64,000 nucleotides of DNA from positions 257,245 to 321,244 of the forward strand of contig JAPDFW010000086.1 of the NCBI GenBank assembly GCA_028826165.1, given 5' to 3'. The notes below the pieces were generated by a model, which made no database searches, was not told where the DNA came from, and worked only from the letters and a program-made list of their open reading frames with translations. This DNA comes from Anaeramoeba ignava BMAN. Taxonomy: Eukaryota > Protista > Anaeramoebae. Of this stretch, positions 36,580 to 47,400 are shown one piece after another (within the stretch, counting starts at the first letter, position 1; every line of letters begins with the position of its first letter). The position numbers were made by a program, and so were the translations under genes.

Positions 36580-38355
36580 ATGAATGATTGTTTATTTTTT
36601 GGTCAAAATGAAAATCAAAAACTTATCAAAAATGAACCAGAAAGAATAACAAATCCAATTCAATTTAAATTTGAAAATGAAAATGAAAATGAAAATGAAA
36701 ATGAAAATGAAAAACAAATTAAACAAATTTCATCAAGCCATTTTTCAACAATTTTCCTTTTTAAAAATGGAAAAGCAATAGAATATTTAAGTGAAAAAGA
36801 TCCAAATCAAAATCCTTCAAAAATCCAAATTGAAAATATTCAAAAAGTAACTGTTGGTTTTGCAAATGAAGCTATTTTAACAAAAGAAGGAAATGTATTT
36901 GCCAAAGGATATGATATTAATCCAAAAAATCCAAAAGAATTTATCAATATTTCATCATTAATTAAAGATAAAAAAGATAGAATAATTGAAGATATTGTTT
37001 CTGGATGGAATTCAATTTACTTATTAACTTCAAATCAAAATGCTTATGGAATTGGTTCAAATGGTTATGTTCAACTTGGAGTTGATTCTAAAAAACTTTC
37101 AAAAACAGAAAAACCAATTTTAATGATGAAAAATGTTTCTAAAATATTTTCAGGAAACTCTTCAAATCATGTTTTTCTTTTAAATTCAAATCAAGAATTA
37201 TTTGGATGCGGTAATAATTCTTATGCTCAACTTGGATTAGGATATACAAGAAAAGAAGCAAAAATCGATAAACTAACCAAAATTAAAATTATTACAAAAG
37301 GCAAAATAATTGATATTCAATCTGGATATGCTCATTCAATAATGTTGATTGAAAATGAAAATGAAAATCCAAAAAGAAAACTTTATTCATGTGGAAGATA
37401 TTTTTTTAATGGACTTGGAAAAAATGAAGATACAAGAATATTTACTGAAATCAAATCATCTTTATTTAAAAATGATAATGATAATATTCTTGAATTTTCT
37501 GTTGGATGTTTTCAGAATTTGATTCTAACTTCAAATGGGAAATTAATTGGTTTTGGAGGAAATTTCTATGGAGAATTAGGAACTGGAGATACAAAACAAC
37601 AAAAAATTCCAATTCAACTTGAACTTCCTGAATTAAGATTTAATGAAGATATTTCTAATTATCATATTTCTTGTGGATATTATAATTCATTTCTTTATTC
37701 TCCTTCTTTTTCCAATCTTGAAGAAGATTTGATAAAATTATTTAGAAGAAAAGAATTTTGTGATATTTCATTTAAAACAGAAAATGGAGAAATAATTGAA
37801 GCTCATAAATTAATATTGAAATATAGATTAAATCAAAATCAAAATGAAAATCAAAATGAAAAACTTCAAGAAATTATTTCAAAAAAATCAATTAAAGAAT
37901 CAAATCAAATATTTGAAATGATTTATTCAAACAAAATAATAAATCCAAAATTATATTCTGAAATTAAAGAAATTATAAATTCAAATGAAAAAATTGAAGA
38001 AACAATGAAAAGAATTTATTTAAATGAAAATGAAAAAGATTTTATAATTGAAAGAAAAGAAAAACAATATAAATTTCCTAAATTAATATTAATAATGAGA
38101 AGTGAATTATATCGAGGAATGTTTTTATCTGTAACAGAAGATAAATCTAATAAAGTTACAGATTATAGTGAATTAAGTAATAAATCATTCCAAATATTAG
38201 AATATTGGATTTATTCAAATCAAATTAAAAATGAAATTCAAATTACTCAAGAAATAATTGAAGAATTAAAAACAGGAATTGATTATTTTCAATTAAATCA
38301 AACAAATCCAAATTTATTTGATTTATTAATTAGGAAATTTAATAATCAAAATTAA
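36580..38355 (+). CDS. RCC1-repeat + twin BTB protein, tandem copy 1
   Basis: RCC1 blades (GxNxYxQLG; ISCG), then CDISFKT..AHKLILKYR and KLILIMRSELYRGMF BTB segments. Confidence 0.9.
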   Translation: MNDCLFFGQNENQKLIKNEPERITNPIQFKFENENENENENENEKQIKQISSSHFSTIFLFKNGKAIEYLSEKDPNQNPSKIQIENIQKVTVGFANEAILTKEGNVFAKGYDINPKNPKEFINISSLIKDKKDRIIEDIVSGWNSIYLLTSNQNAYGIGSNGYVQLGVDSKKLSKTEKPILMMKNVSKIFSGNSSNHVFLLNSNQELFGCGNNSYAQLGLGYTRKEAKIDKLTKIKIITKGKIIDIQSGYAHSIMLIENENENPKRKLYSCGRYFFNGLGKNEDTRIFTEIKSSLFKNDNDNILEFSVGCFQNLILTSNGKLIGFGGNFYGELGTGDTKQQKIPIQLELPELRFNEDISNYHISCGYYNSFLYSPSFSNLEEDLIKLFRRKEFCDISFKTENGEIIEAHKLILKYRLNQNQNENQNEKLQEIISKKSIKESNQIFEMIYSNKIINPKLYSEIKEIINSNEKIEETMKRIYLNENEKDFIIERKEKQYKFPKLILIMRSELYRGMFLSVTEDKSNKVTDYSELSNKSFQILEYWIYSNQIKNEIQITQEIIEELKTGIDYFQLNQTNPNLFDLLIRKFNNQN

Positions 38356-38612
38356 AAATCAAAATCAAAATTAAAATTAAAATTAAAATTAAAATTAAAA
38401 TTAAAAATTAAAATTAAAATCAAAATTAAAATCAATATCAATATAAATATCAATATCAATATTAAAATTAAAATTAAAATTAAAATTAAAATTAAAATTA
38501 AAATTAAAATTAAAATTAAAATTAAAATTAAAATTAAAATCAAAATTAAAATTAAAATTAAAATTAAAATTAAAATTAAAATTAAAATTAAAATTAAAAT
38601 TAAAATTAAAAT
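38352..38612. repeat. (AAAATT)n intergenic microsatellite of the RCC1-BTB array (also ~36510-36535, 40500-40635, 42412-42480)
   Basis: Pure hexamer tract starting at the stop codon. Confidence 0.9.
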
Positions 38613-38648
38613 TCCAAAATCATTTTTTTCATTTTTTACTTTTCAAAA

Positions 38649-40505
38649 ATGAATGACTGTTTATTTTTTGGTCAAAATGAAAATCAAAAACTTATCAAAA
38701 ATGAACCAGAAAGAATAACAAAACCAATTCAATTTAAATTTGAAAATGAAAATGAAAATGAAAATGAAAATGAAAATGAAAAACAAATTAAACAAATTTC
38801 TTCTGGAAGATATTCAACAATTTTCCTTTTTAAAAATGGAAAAGCAATAGAATATTTAAAAGAAAATGATTCAAATCAAAATCCTTCAAAAACCCAAATT
38901 GAAAATATTCAAAAAGTAACTGTTGGTTTTGCAAATGAAGCTATTTTAACAAAAGAAGGAAATGTATTTGCAAAAGGATATGATATCAATCCAAAAAATC
39001 CAAAAGAATTTATCAATATTTCATCATTAATTAAAGATAAAAATGATAGAATAATTGAAGATATTGTTTCTGGAAGGAATTCAATTTACTTATTAACTTC
39101 AAATCAAAATGCTTATGGAATTGGTTCAAATGGTTATGTTCAACTTGGAGTTGATTCTGAAACACTTGAAAAAACAGAAAAACCAATTTTAATGATGAAA
39201 AATATTTCTAAAATATTTTCAGGAAATTATTCAAATCATGTTTTTCTTTTAAATTCAAATCAAGAATTATTTGGATGCGGTAATAATTCTTATGCTCAAC
39301 TTGGATTAGGAGAATCAATAAAAGAAGAAATAAATATCCAAAAATTAACCAAATTACAAAATATTCCAAAAGGCAAAATAATTGATATTCAATGTGGATA
39401 TGCTCATTCAATAATGTTGATTGAAAATGAAAATCAAAATCCAAAAAGAAAACTTTATTCATGTGGAAGATATTTTTTTAATGGACTTGGAAAAAATGAA
39501 GATACAAGAATATTTACTGAAATCAAATCATCTTTATTTGAAAATGATGATATTCTTGATTTTTCTGTTGGATGCTTTCAGAATTTGATTTTAGCTTCAA
39601 ATGGGAAATTAATTGGTTTTGGAGGAAATTTCTATGGAGAATTAGGAACTGGAGATACAAAACAACAAAAAATTCTAATTCAAATTGAACTTCCTAAATT
39701 AAGATTTAATGAAGATATTTCTAATTATCATATTTCTTGTGGTGCTTCAAAATCATTTCTTTATTATTCTCCTCCATCTTTTTCCAATCTTGAAGAAGAT
39801 TTGATAAAATTATTTAGAAGAAAAGAATTTTGTGATATTTCATTTAAAACAGAAAATGGAGAAATAATCAAAGCTCATAAATTAATATTGAAATATAGAT
39901 TAAATCAAAATCAAAATCAAAATGAAAAACTTCAAGAAATTATTTCAAAAAAATCAATTAAAGAATCAAATCAAATATTTGAAATGATTTATTCAAACAG
40001 AATAATAAATCCAAAATTATATTCTGAAATTAAAGAAATTATAAATTCAAATGAAAAAATTGAAGAAACAATGAAAAGAATTTATTTAAATGAAAATGAA
40101 AAAGATTTTATAATTGAAAGAAAAGAAAAACAATATAAATTTCCTAAATTAATATTAATAATGAGAAGTGAATTATATCGAGGAATGTTTTTATCTGTAA
40201 CAGAAGATAATTCTAATAAAGTTACAGATTATAGTGAATTAAGTAATAAATCATTCCAAATATTAGAATATTGGATTTATTCAAATCAAATTAAAGAAGA
40301 AATTCAAATTACACAAGAAATCATTCAATTTGATGATTTTAATGAATTAAATGAAGAAAAATTTAAAAGAATAAAATATTCTGAAACTACAAAGAAAATT
40401 ACACAAGAAATCATTAATGAAATTGAAATTGGAATTGATTATTTTCAATTAAATCAAACAAATCCAAATTTATTTGATTTATTAATTAACAAATTTAAAA
40501 ATTAA
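38649..40505 (+). CDS. RCC1-repeat + twin BTB protein, tandem copy 2 (30-aa in-frame extra segment)
   Basis: Paralog of copy 1 with the extra segment QFDDFNELNEEKFKRIKYSETTKKITQEII. Confidence 0.9.
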   Translation: MNDCLFFGQNENQKLIKNEPERITKPIQFKFENENENENENENEKQIKQISSGRYSTIFLFKNGKAIEYLKENDSNQNPSKTQIENIQKVTVGFANEAILTKEGNVFAKGYDINPKNPKEFINISSLIKDKNDRIIEDIVSGRNSIYLLTSNQNAYGIGSNGYVQLGVDSETLEKTEKPILMMKNISKIFSGNYSNHVFLLNSNQELFGCGNNSYAQLGLGESIKEEINIQKLTKLQNIPKGKIIDIQCGYAHSIMLIENENQNPKRKLYSCGRYFFNGLGKNEDTRIFTEIKSSLFENDDILDFSVGCFQNLILASNGKLIGFGGNFYGELGTGDTKQQKILIQIELPKLRFNEDISNYHISCGASKSFLYYSPPSFSNLEEDLIKLFRRKEFCDISFKTENGEIIKAHKLILKYRLNQNQNQNEKLQEIISKKSIKESNQIFEMIYSNRIINPKLYSEIKEIINSNEKIEETMKRIYLNENEKDFIIERKEKQYKFPKLILIMRSELYRGMFLSVTEDNSNKVTDYSELSNKSFQILEYWIYSNQIKEEIQITQEIIQFDDFNELNEEKFKRIKYSETTKKITQEIINEIEIGIDYFQLNQTNPNLFDLLINKFKN

Positions 40506-40671
40506 AATTAAAATTAAAATTAAAATTAAAATTAAAATCAAAATCAAAAATTAAAATTAAAATTAAAATTAAAATTAAAATTAAAATTAAAATTAAAATT
40601 AAAATTAAAATTAAAATTAAAATTAAAATTAAAATCCAAAATTTCATTTTTTCATTTTTTACTTTTCAAAA

Positions 40672-42417
40672 ATGAATGATTGTTTATTTTTTGGTGAAAA
40701 TGAAAATCAAAAACTTATCAAAAATGAACCAGTTGAAATAAAAAAACCAATTCAATTTAAATTTGAAAATGAAAATGAAAATGAAAATGAAAAACAAATT
40801 AAACAAATTTCTTCTGGAAGATATTCAACAATTTTCCTTTTTGAAAATGGAAAAGCAATAGAATATTTAAATGAAAATGATTCAAATCAAAATCCTTCAA
40901 AAATCCAAATTGAAAATATTCAAAAAGTAACTGTTGGTTTTGGAAATGAAGCTATTTTAACAAAAGAAGGAAATGTATTTGCCAAAGGAAATGATATTAA
41001 TCCAAAAAATCCAAAAGAATTTATCAATATTTCATCATTAATTGAAGATACAAATGATAGAATAATTGAAGATGTTGTTTCTGCTTCTGGTTCAATTTAC
41101 ATATTAACTTCAAATCAAAATGCTTATGGAATTGGTTCAAATGGTTATGCTCAACTTGGAGTTGATTCTAAAAAACTTCTAAAAACAGAAAAACCAATTT
41201 TAATGATGAAAAATGTTTCTAAAATATTTTCAGGAAACTCTTCAAATCATGTTTTTCTTTTAAATTCAAATCAAGAATTATTTGGATGCGGAAATAATGA
41301 ATATGATCAACTTGGATTAGGAAAATCAAGAAAATATGAACAAATCAAAAAATTAACCAAAATACAAAATATTCCAAAAGGCAAAATAATTGATATTCAA
41401 TGTGGGTATGCTCATTCAATAATGTTGATTGAAAATGAAAAAAGAAAACTTTATTCATGTGGAAGATATTTTTTTAATGGACTTGGAAAAAATGAAGATA
41501 CAAGAATATTTACTGAAATCAAATCATCTTTATTTGAAAATGATGATATTCGTGAAATTTCTGTTGGATGTTTTCAGAATTTGATTTTAACTTCAAATGA
41601 GAAATTAATAGTATTTGGTTTAAATAATTATGGTGAATTAGGAACTGAAGATACAGACAATCAAAAAATTCCAATTCAACTTGAACTTCCTGAATTAAGA
41701 TTTAATGAAGATATTTCTAATTATCATCTTTATTGTGGATATTACAACTCATTTCTTTATTATTCTCCTCCTTCTTTTTCCAATCTTGAAGAAGATTTGA
41801 TAAAATTATTTAGAAGAAAAGAATTTTGTGATATTTCATTTAAAACAGAAAATGGAGAAATAATCAAAGCTCATAAATTAATATTGAAATATAGATTAAA
41901 TCAAAATCAAAATGAAATTGAAAAACTTCAAGAAATTATTTCAAATAAATCAGTTAAAGAATCAAATCAAATATTTGAAATGATTTATTCAAACAAAATA
42001 ATAAATCCAAAATTATATTCTGAAATTAAAGAAATTATAAATTCCAATGAAAAAATTGAAGAAACAATGAAAAGAATTTATTTAAATGAAAATGAAAATG
42101 ATTTTATAATTGAAAGAAAAGAAAAACAATATAAATTTCCAAAATTAATATTAATAATGAGAAGTGAATTATATCGAGGAATGTTTTTATCTGTAACAAA
42201 TGATACTTCTAATAAAGTTACAGATTATAGTGAATTAAGTAATAAATCATTTCAAATATTTGAATATTGGATTTATTCAAATCAAATTAAAAATGAAATT
42301 CAAATTACAAAAGAAATAATTGATGAATTAGAAAGAGGAATTGATTATTTTCAATTAAATCAAACAAATCCAAATTTATTTGATTTATTAATTAACAAAT
42401 TTAAAAATCAAAATTAA
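40672..42417 (+). CDS. RCC1-repeat + twin BTB protein, tandem copy 3
   Basis: Paralog of copies 1-2. Confidence 0.9.
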   Translation: MNDCLFFGENENQKLIKNEPVEIKKPIQFKFENENENENEKQIKQISSGRYSTIFLFENGKAIEYLNENDSNQNPSKIQIENIQKVTVGFGNEAILTKEGNVFAKGNDINPKNPKEFINISSLIEDTNDRIIEDVVSASGSIYILTSNQNAYGIGSNGYAQLGVDSKKLLKTEKPILMMKNVSKIFSGNSSNHVFLLNSNQELFGCGNNEYDQLGLGKSRKYEQIKKLTKIQNIPKGKIIDIQCGYAHSIMLIENEKRKLYSCGRYFFNGLGKNEDTRIFTEIKSSLFENDDIREISVGCFQNLILTSNEKLIVFGLNNYGELGTEDTDNQKIPIQLELPELRFNEDISNYHLYCGYYNSFLYYSPPSFSNLEEDLIKLFRRKEFCDISFKTENGEIIKAHKLILKYRLNQNQNEIEKLQEIISNKSVKESNQIFEMIYSNKIINPKLYSEIKEIINSNEKIEETMKRIYLNENENDFIIERKEKQYKFPKLILIMRSELYRGMFLSVTNDTSNKVTDYSELSNKSFQIFEYWIYSNQIKNEIQITKEIIDELERGIDYFQLNQTNPNLFDLLINKFKNQN

Positions 42418-42511
42418 AATTAAAATTAAAATTAAAATTAAAATTAAAATTAAAAATTAAAATTAAAATTAAAATTAAAATTCATTTTTTTCATTTTTTT
42501 CATTTTTAAAA

Positions 42512-44308
42512 ATGAATGATTGTTTATTTTTTGGTTCAAATCATTATCCAATTCTTATCAAAAATGAACCAGAAAGAATAATAAATCCAATTCAATTTAA
42601 ATTTGAAAATGAAAATGAAAATGAAAAACAAATTAAACAAATTTCATCAGGAAATTTTTCAATAATTTTCCTTTTTGAAAATGGAAAAGCAATAGAATAT
42701 TTAAAAGAAAATGATTCAAATCAAAATCCTCAAAAAATCCAAATTGAAGAAAATATTCAAAAAGTAACTGTTTGTCATCAAAATGAAGCTATTTTAACAA
42801 TAGAAGGAAATGTATTTGCAAAAGGATATGATATTAATCCAAAAAATCCAAATAAATTTATCAATATTTCATCATTAATTGAAGATAAAAATGATAGAAT
42901 AATTGAAGATGTTGTTTCTGGCGCAAATTCGATTTACTTATTAACTTCAAATCAAAATGTTTATGGAATTGGTTCAAATGGTTATGGTCAACTTGGTTTT
43001 GATTCTGAAACACTTCAAAAAACAGAAAAACCAATTTTAATGATGAAAAATGTTTCCAAAATATTTTCAGGAGGTTTATCTTATATTGTTTTTCTTTTAA
43101 ATTCAAATCAAGAATTATTTGGATGTGGTTTGAATAATTATGGTCAACTTGGATTAGGATATTCAATACATGAAAAAATCCAAAAATTAACCAAAATCCA
43201 AAATATTCCAAAAGGCAAAATAATTGATATTCAAGGTGGATTTTGGCATTCAATAATGTTGATTGAAAATGAAAAAAGAAAACTTTATTCATGTGGAAAC
43301 TCAGAATATAATGGGCTTGACTCCGTTCAAAATACTTATGAATTTACTGAAATAAAATCATCTTTATTTGAAAATGATGATGATATTCTTGATATTTCTT
43401 GTGGAACTAATCATACTTTGATTTTAACTTCAAATGAGAAATTAATAGGATTTGGAAGTAACGGATATAGCCAAATAGGAACTGGAGATACAAATCATCA
43501 TCCAATTCCAATTAAAATTGAACTTCCTGAATTAAGATTTAATGAAGATATTTCTAATTATCATCTTTCTTGTGGTGCTTTCATTTCATTTCTTTATTAT
43601 TCTCCTTTTCTTTCTCCTTTTTCCAATCTTGAAGAAGATTTGATAAAACTATTTAGAAGAAAAGAATTTTGTAATATTTCATTTAAAACCGAAAATGGAG
43701 AAATAATCAAAGCTCATAAATTAATATTGAAATATAGATTAAATCAAAATCAAATTGAAATTGAAAAACTTAAAGAAATTATTTCAAAAAAATCAATTAA
43801 AGAATCAAATCAAATATTTGAAATGATTTATTCAAACAGAATAATAAATCCAAAATTATATTTAGAAATTAAAGAAATTATAAATTCAAATGAAAAAATT
43901 GAAGAAACAATGAAAAGAATTTATTTAAATGAAAATGAAAATGAAAAAGATTTTATTATTGAAAGAAAAGAAAAACAATATAAATTTCCAAAATTAATAT
44001 TAATAATGAGAAGTGAATTATATCGAGGAATGTTTTTATCTGTAACAAATGATACTTCTAATAAAGTTACAGATTATAGTGAATTAAGTAATAAATCATT
44101 CCAAATATTAGAATATTGGATTTATTCAAATCAAATTAAAGAAGGAATTCAAATTACACAAGAAATTATTGATGAAATTAAAATTGGAATTGATTATTTT
44201 CAATTAAATCAAACAAATCCAAATTTATTTGATTTATTAATTAAAAAATTTAATAATCAAAATCAAAATTCAAAACCAAAAACAAAATCAAAATGTTGTA
44301 TTTTTTGA
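42512..44308 (+). CDS. RCC1-repeat + twin BTB protein, tandem copy 4, with C-terminal polybasic CaaX (KPKTKSKCCIF)
   Basis: Most divergent RCC1 region of the four; ends CCIF*. Confidence 0.9.
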   Translation: MNDCLFFGSNHYPILIKNEPERIINPIQFKFENENENEKQIKQISSGNFSIIFLFENGKAIEYLKENDSNQNPQKIQIEENIQKVTVCHQNEAILTIEGNVFAKGYDINPKNPNKFINISSLIEDKNDRIIEDVVSGANSIYLLTSNQNVYGIGSNGYGQLGFDSETLQKTEKPILMMKNVSKIFSGGLSYIVFLLNSNQELFGCGLNNYGQLGLGYSIHEKIQKLTKIQNIPKGKIIDIQGGFWHSIMLIENEKRKLYSCGNSEYNGLDSVQNTYEFTEIKSSLFENDDDILDISCGTNHTLILTSNEKLIGFGSNGYSQIGTGDTNHHPIPIKIELPELRFNEDISNYHLSCGAFISFLYYSPFLSPFSNLEEDLIKLFRRKEFCNISFKTENGEIIKAHKLILKYRLNQNQIEIEKLKEIISKKSIKESNQIFEMIYSNRIINPKLYLEIKEIINSNEKIEETMKRIYLNENENEKDFIIERKEKQYKFPKLILIMRSELYRGMFLSVTNDTSNKVTDYSELSNKSFQILEYWIYSNQIKEGIQITQEIIDEIKIGIDYFQLNQTNPNLFDLLIKKFNNQNQNSKPKTKSKCCIF

Positions 44309-44404
44309 AAATTTATTTTATTAGAATATTAATTTGAAAAATAATAATAATAATAATAAATCATTTGCTTAATAAAATTGTTGTTCCTGAATTCATTCTA
44401 TTTT

Positions 44405-47400
44405 TCATTTAAGTGTTCTTGATAAATCATTGATGACTAATTTCAAATATGTTCTTCGGTGTAATTGGTAAAACTCTTCTGCATTTCTTAACTCTTCCAA
44501 AACTTGTTTGGTGATTTTTGATTTATCAACTTCATCATGATAAAAGAAATAAATTAATTCATTCAAAGCCTCAAATGATTTTCCTGAATAATCATGAACT
44601 TGATTTGATGTATCTTGTACATTTAATTGGAACATGGCTTTAAATAAATCGCTTCTCATAATCAATATCAATTTATGAACGCGGATTATTCTTTGGTCTT
44701 CACAAATAATTGTGAAATCTTTGGTTGATTCATCATGATATAATTCTCTCAAATCTCTTGTCAATCCAAATCTTCCCGATTTTAATTTAATCCAATTTTG
44801 ATTCAACCCAATTTCCTCAAATACTAATCTTATCGCTTCTTCCTGATTTGATCTCTTTTCTTCCTCTATTTTGTTGACAACTTTTTCTTGTTCGCTCCTC
44901 TCTTTTGTTGAAAAAAGATATCTGATAAAAACATCTTCTTTTTTCTTTGTTCGTGAAGCTTTGTGGATTTTTTGGAAATACAAAGCGGGATTATGACTTC
45001 CAGTGTAAAGAAAATTCACGCACCATTGAACAATTTCTTTGGGTTTTTGCTGGCAAACATTGGTGAATTTTTGCAGAAGATCTTTGTCGTTATCGAATCT
45101 TGTTAACAAAATGGTTTTGTGAACAGGAATTGGTTCTGCATCTCTGTTTGGTATTTCGTAATCGGAAAACTCACTCAAATTCATCAACTTACTCATGTCT
45201 TGAATAAAAGAATAAATGAAACCAAGAAATTTGGCGGTTTTTTTTTGAATGCGCGAAGATTTGATATTCAAAAAATTTGCTCCGTTTAATAGCAAAAAAT
45301 GAATGAGTTGCAAATGCCCTTTTCTAAATGCAAGTGAAATGGGGGTTTGGCCAGATTTATCCTCAAGATTAATATCATTTCCTTTTTTGACCAAATAACC
45401 GATGATTCTGAAAGAGATCTGCTTGCGTCTCATTGCAAAATGGAGGGATGTTTGATTGTCATTTGTAGTTGCGTGAATATCGGCTCCATGATCAACAAGG
45501 AATTTGAGAGTATCGAGTGATTTGAATTGGCAAGCCAAATGGAAGGGAGTTTCCATATTAGTGTTTCTTGCATTGCAATCTGCTCCATGTTCAACGAGGG
45601 TTTTGAGGATATCAAACGAGTTATATCTTGCCGAATAATGCAAGGAAATATCATTATTGCTCAAGACTTCATTCACATTTGCGCCTTTTTCAATAAGTAA
45701 CTTTACAATATCAAGCGAGTCTCTTTTCAAAGCAATATGCAAAGGAGTTGAACCACTCAGTAGTTTATTCACATCATATCCTTTATTGATAAAAAATTTA
45801 ACAACTTCCACAGTTGATTCCTCTAAAGCATATTCAAAAAAAGAAGTGTTTCGATATTCTTCATTGATATCAACACCTTTATCAACGAAAAACTGAAGGA
45901 TTTCTGCAAAACCACGAGTCACACAAAGATATACTAAAGGAGGCTTTCCTTTGCATTTTTTATGAACATCTGCACCTTTTTCGACCATGAACTTGATAAT
46001 TTCCATTGAGTTACTTTGGCATGCGTGATGCAAAGGCAATACGTCATACATTATTGGCTCGTTTAAATTGAAGCCATGCTCAAAAAGAAGTTTCACTAAT
46101 TCAAACGAATCATTCCGCAAAGCAAGATCCATAGGAGAAGAAAAATCTTTCAGTTTTTGTTTTGGATTCGCGCCGTTTTCAAGGAGATACTTTGCAATCT
46201 CAATGGAATTTTTTCTGCACGCAATATGCAGAGGAGTATCCTTGTTATTATTCAGTATATTCACATCAGCATGATTCTCAACGAGGATCTTGATAAAATC
46301 CATCATTTCCCTTTCACACGAAATATGAAGAGGTGTGTTTCTGTTTGAGTCGATCGCATTCACATCGGCTTTTCTTTCTACTAAAAAATCCAAAATTTCC
46401 CTTGATTGATGGACATTACAGACAGTGTGCAAAATTGAAGACAGTTTATTCCCCTTTGTTTTATTAATATCCACATATCTCTCGATTAATCTCACAATCG
46501 ATAATGAAGCTTCAATTTCACAGGCAAAAAAAAAAATTGATTTGAGATGAGATTGACTTGTTTTTGGGTATTTTTGGATCAGATACTGAACCAATTTGAT
46601 TGAATTTTGAGCGATTGCAAGATGCAAAGGTGTTGATTCCTTTTCTCTCGAGTTTGCCTCAAGATCAGCACCATTAGTCAAAAGAAATTGAGCAATATCA
46701 AGAGAGTTTGGCTGTTTGCAGACAAGATGCAACGGGGTTAGTCCCATGAAATCTCTTGCGCAGACATCGAGTCTTTTGTCTACGAGAAATTTCACAGTTT
46801 GCAAATTGGTTGATTCTAAACAAGCATAATGCAAACAAGTTCTGTTCTGATTTGTTGTGATTGCGAAGAGATCTGCGCCGTTTTGAATAAGATATTTTGC
46901 CATATCAAGTGATTGGTTTGCGAAACAAAGATGCAATGGTGTTTCGCCGATGAAATTATAAACATTCACTTCTGCTCCGTGACTAATCAAGTTCCGAATC
47001 ACTTGGATCTCATTCTGTTGGCAGGCCAAATGCAAAGGTGTCTCATTTTGGTTATTTTTCGCATTCACTTCAACCCCTTTTCGGATCATTAAACCTGTCA
47101 CTTTTTTCCTTTCATTTCCTTCTAAATGGAGAATAGCATAATGAAGTGGAGTTGAATTTTTATTATCATTTGCTCCAATTCTCACTCCTTTATCTATTAT
47201 ATACAAAATCACTTCTATTTTCACATGATTTAATATTGCTGTATGAAGTGCATTTCTTTGCATTTTATCAGTTTCATTCAAATCTGCTCCATGTTCTACT
47301 AAAAATTTAATTGTTTCCAAAGAACATTGTTCTTCAATGGCATAAATTATCATTGGTTTTTGGTTCGATCTTTGTTCATTAAAACTTTTCACATTCATTG

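Noticed and set aside
38352-38543. ORF (IL)n, and similar ORFs at 48064-48348 (YK)n, 51730-51915, 63369-63638 and 63400-63618
   Set aside because: Translations of microsatellites, or alternate frames/strands of NQ tracts.
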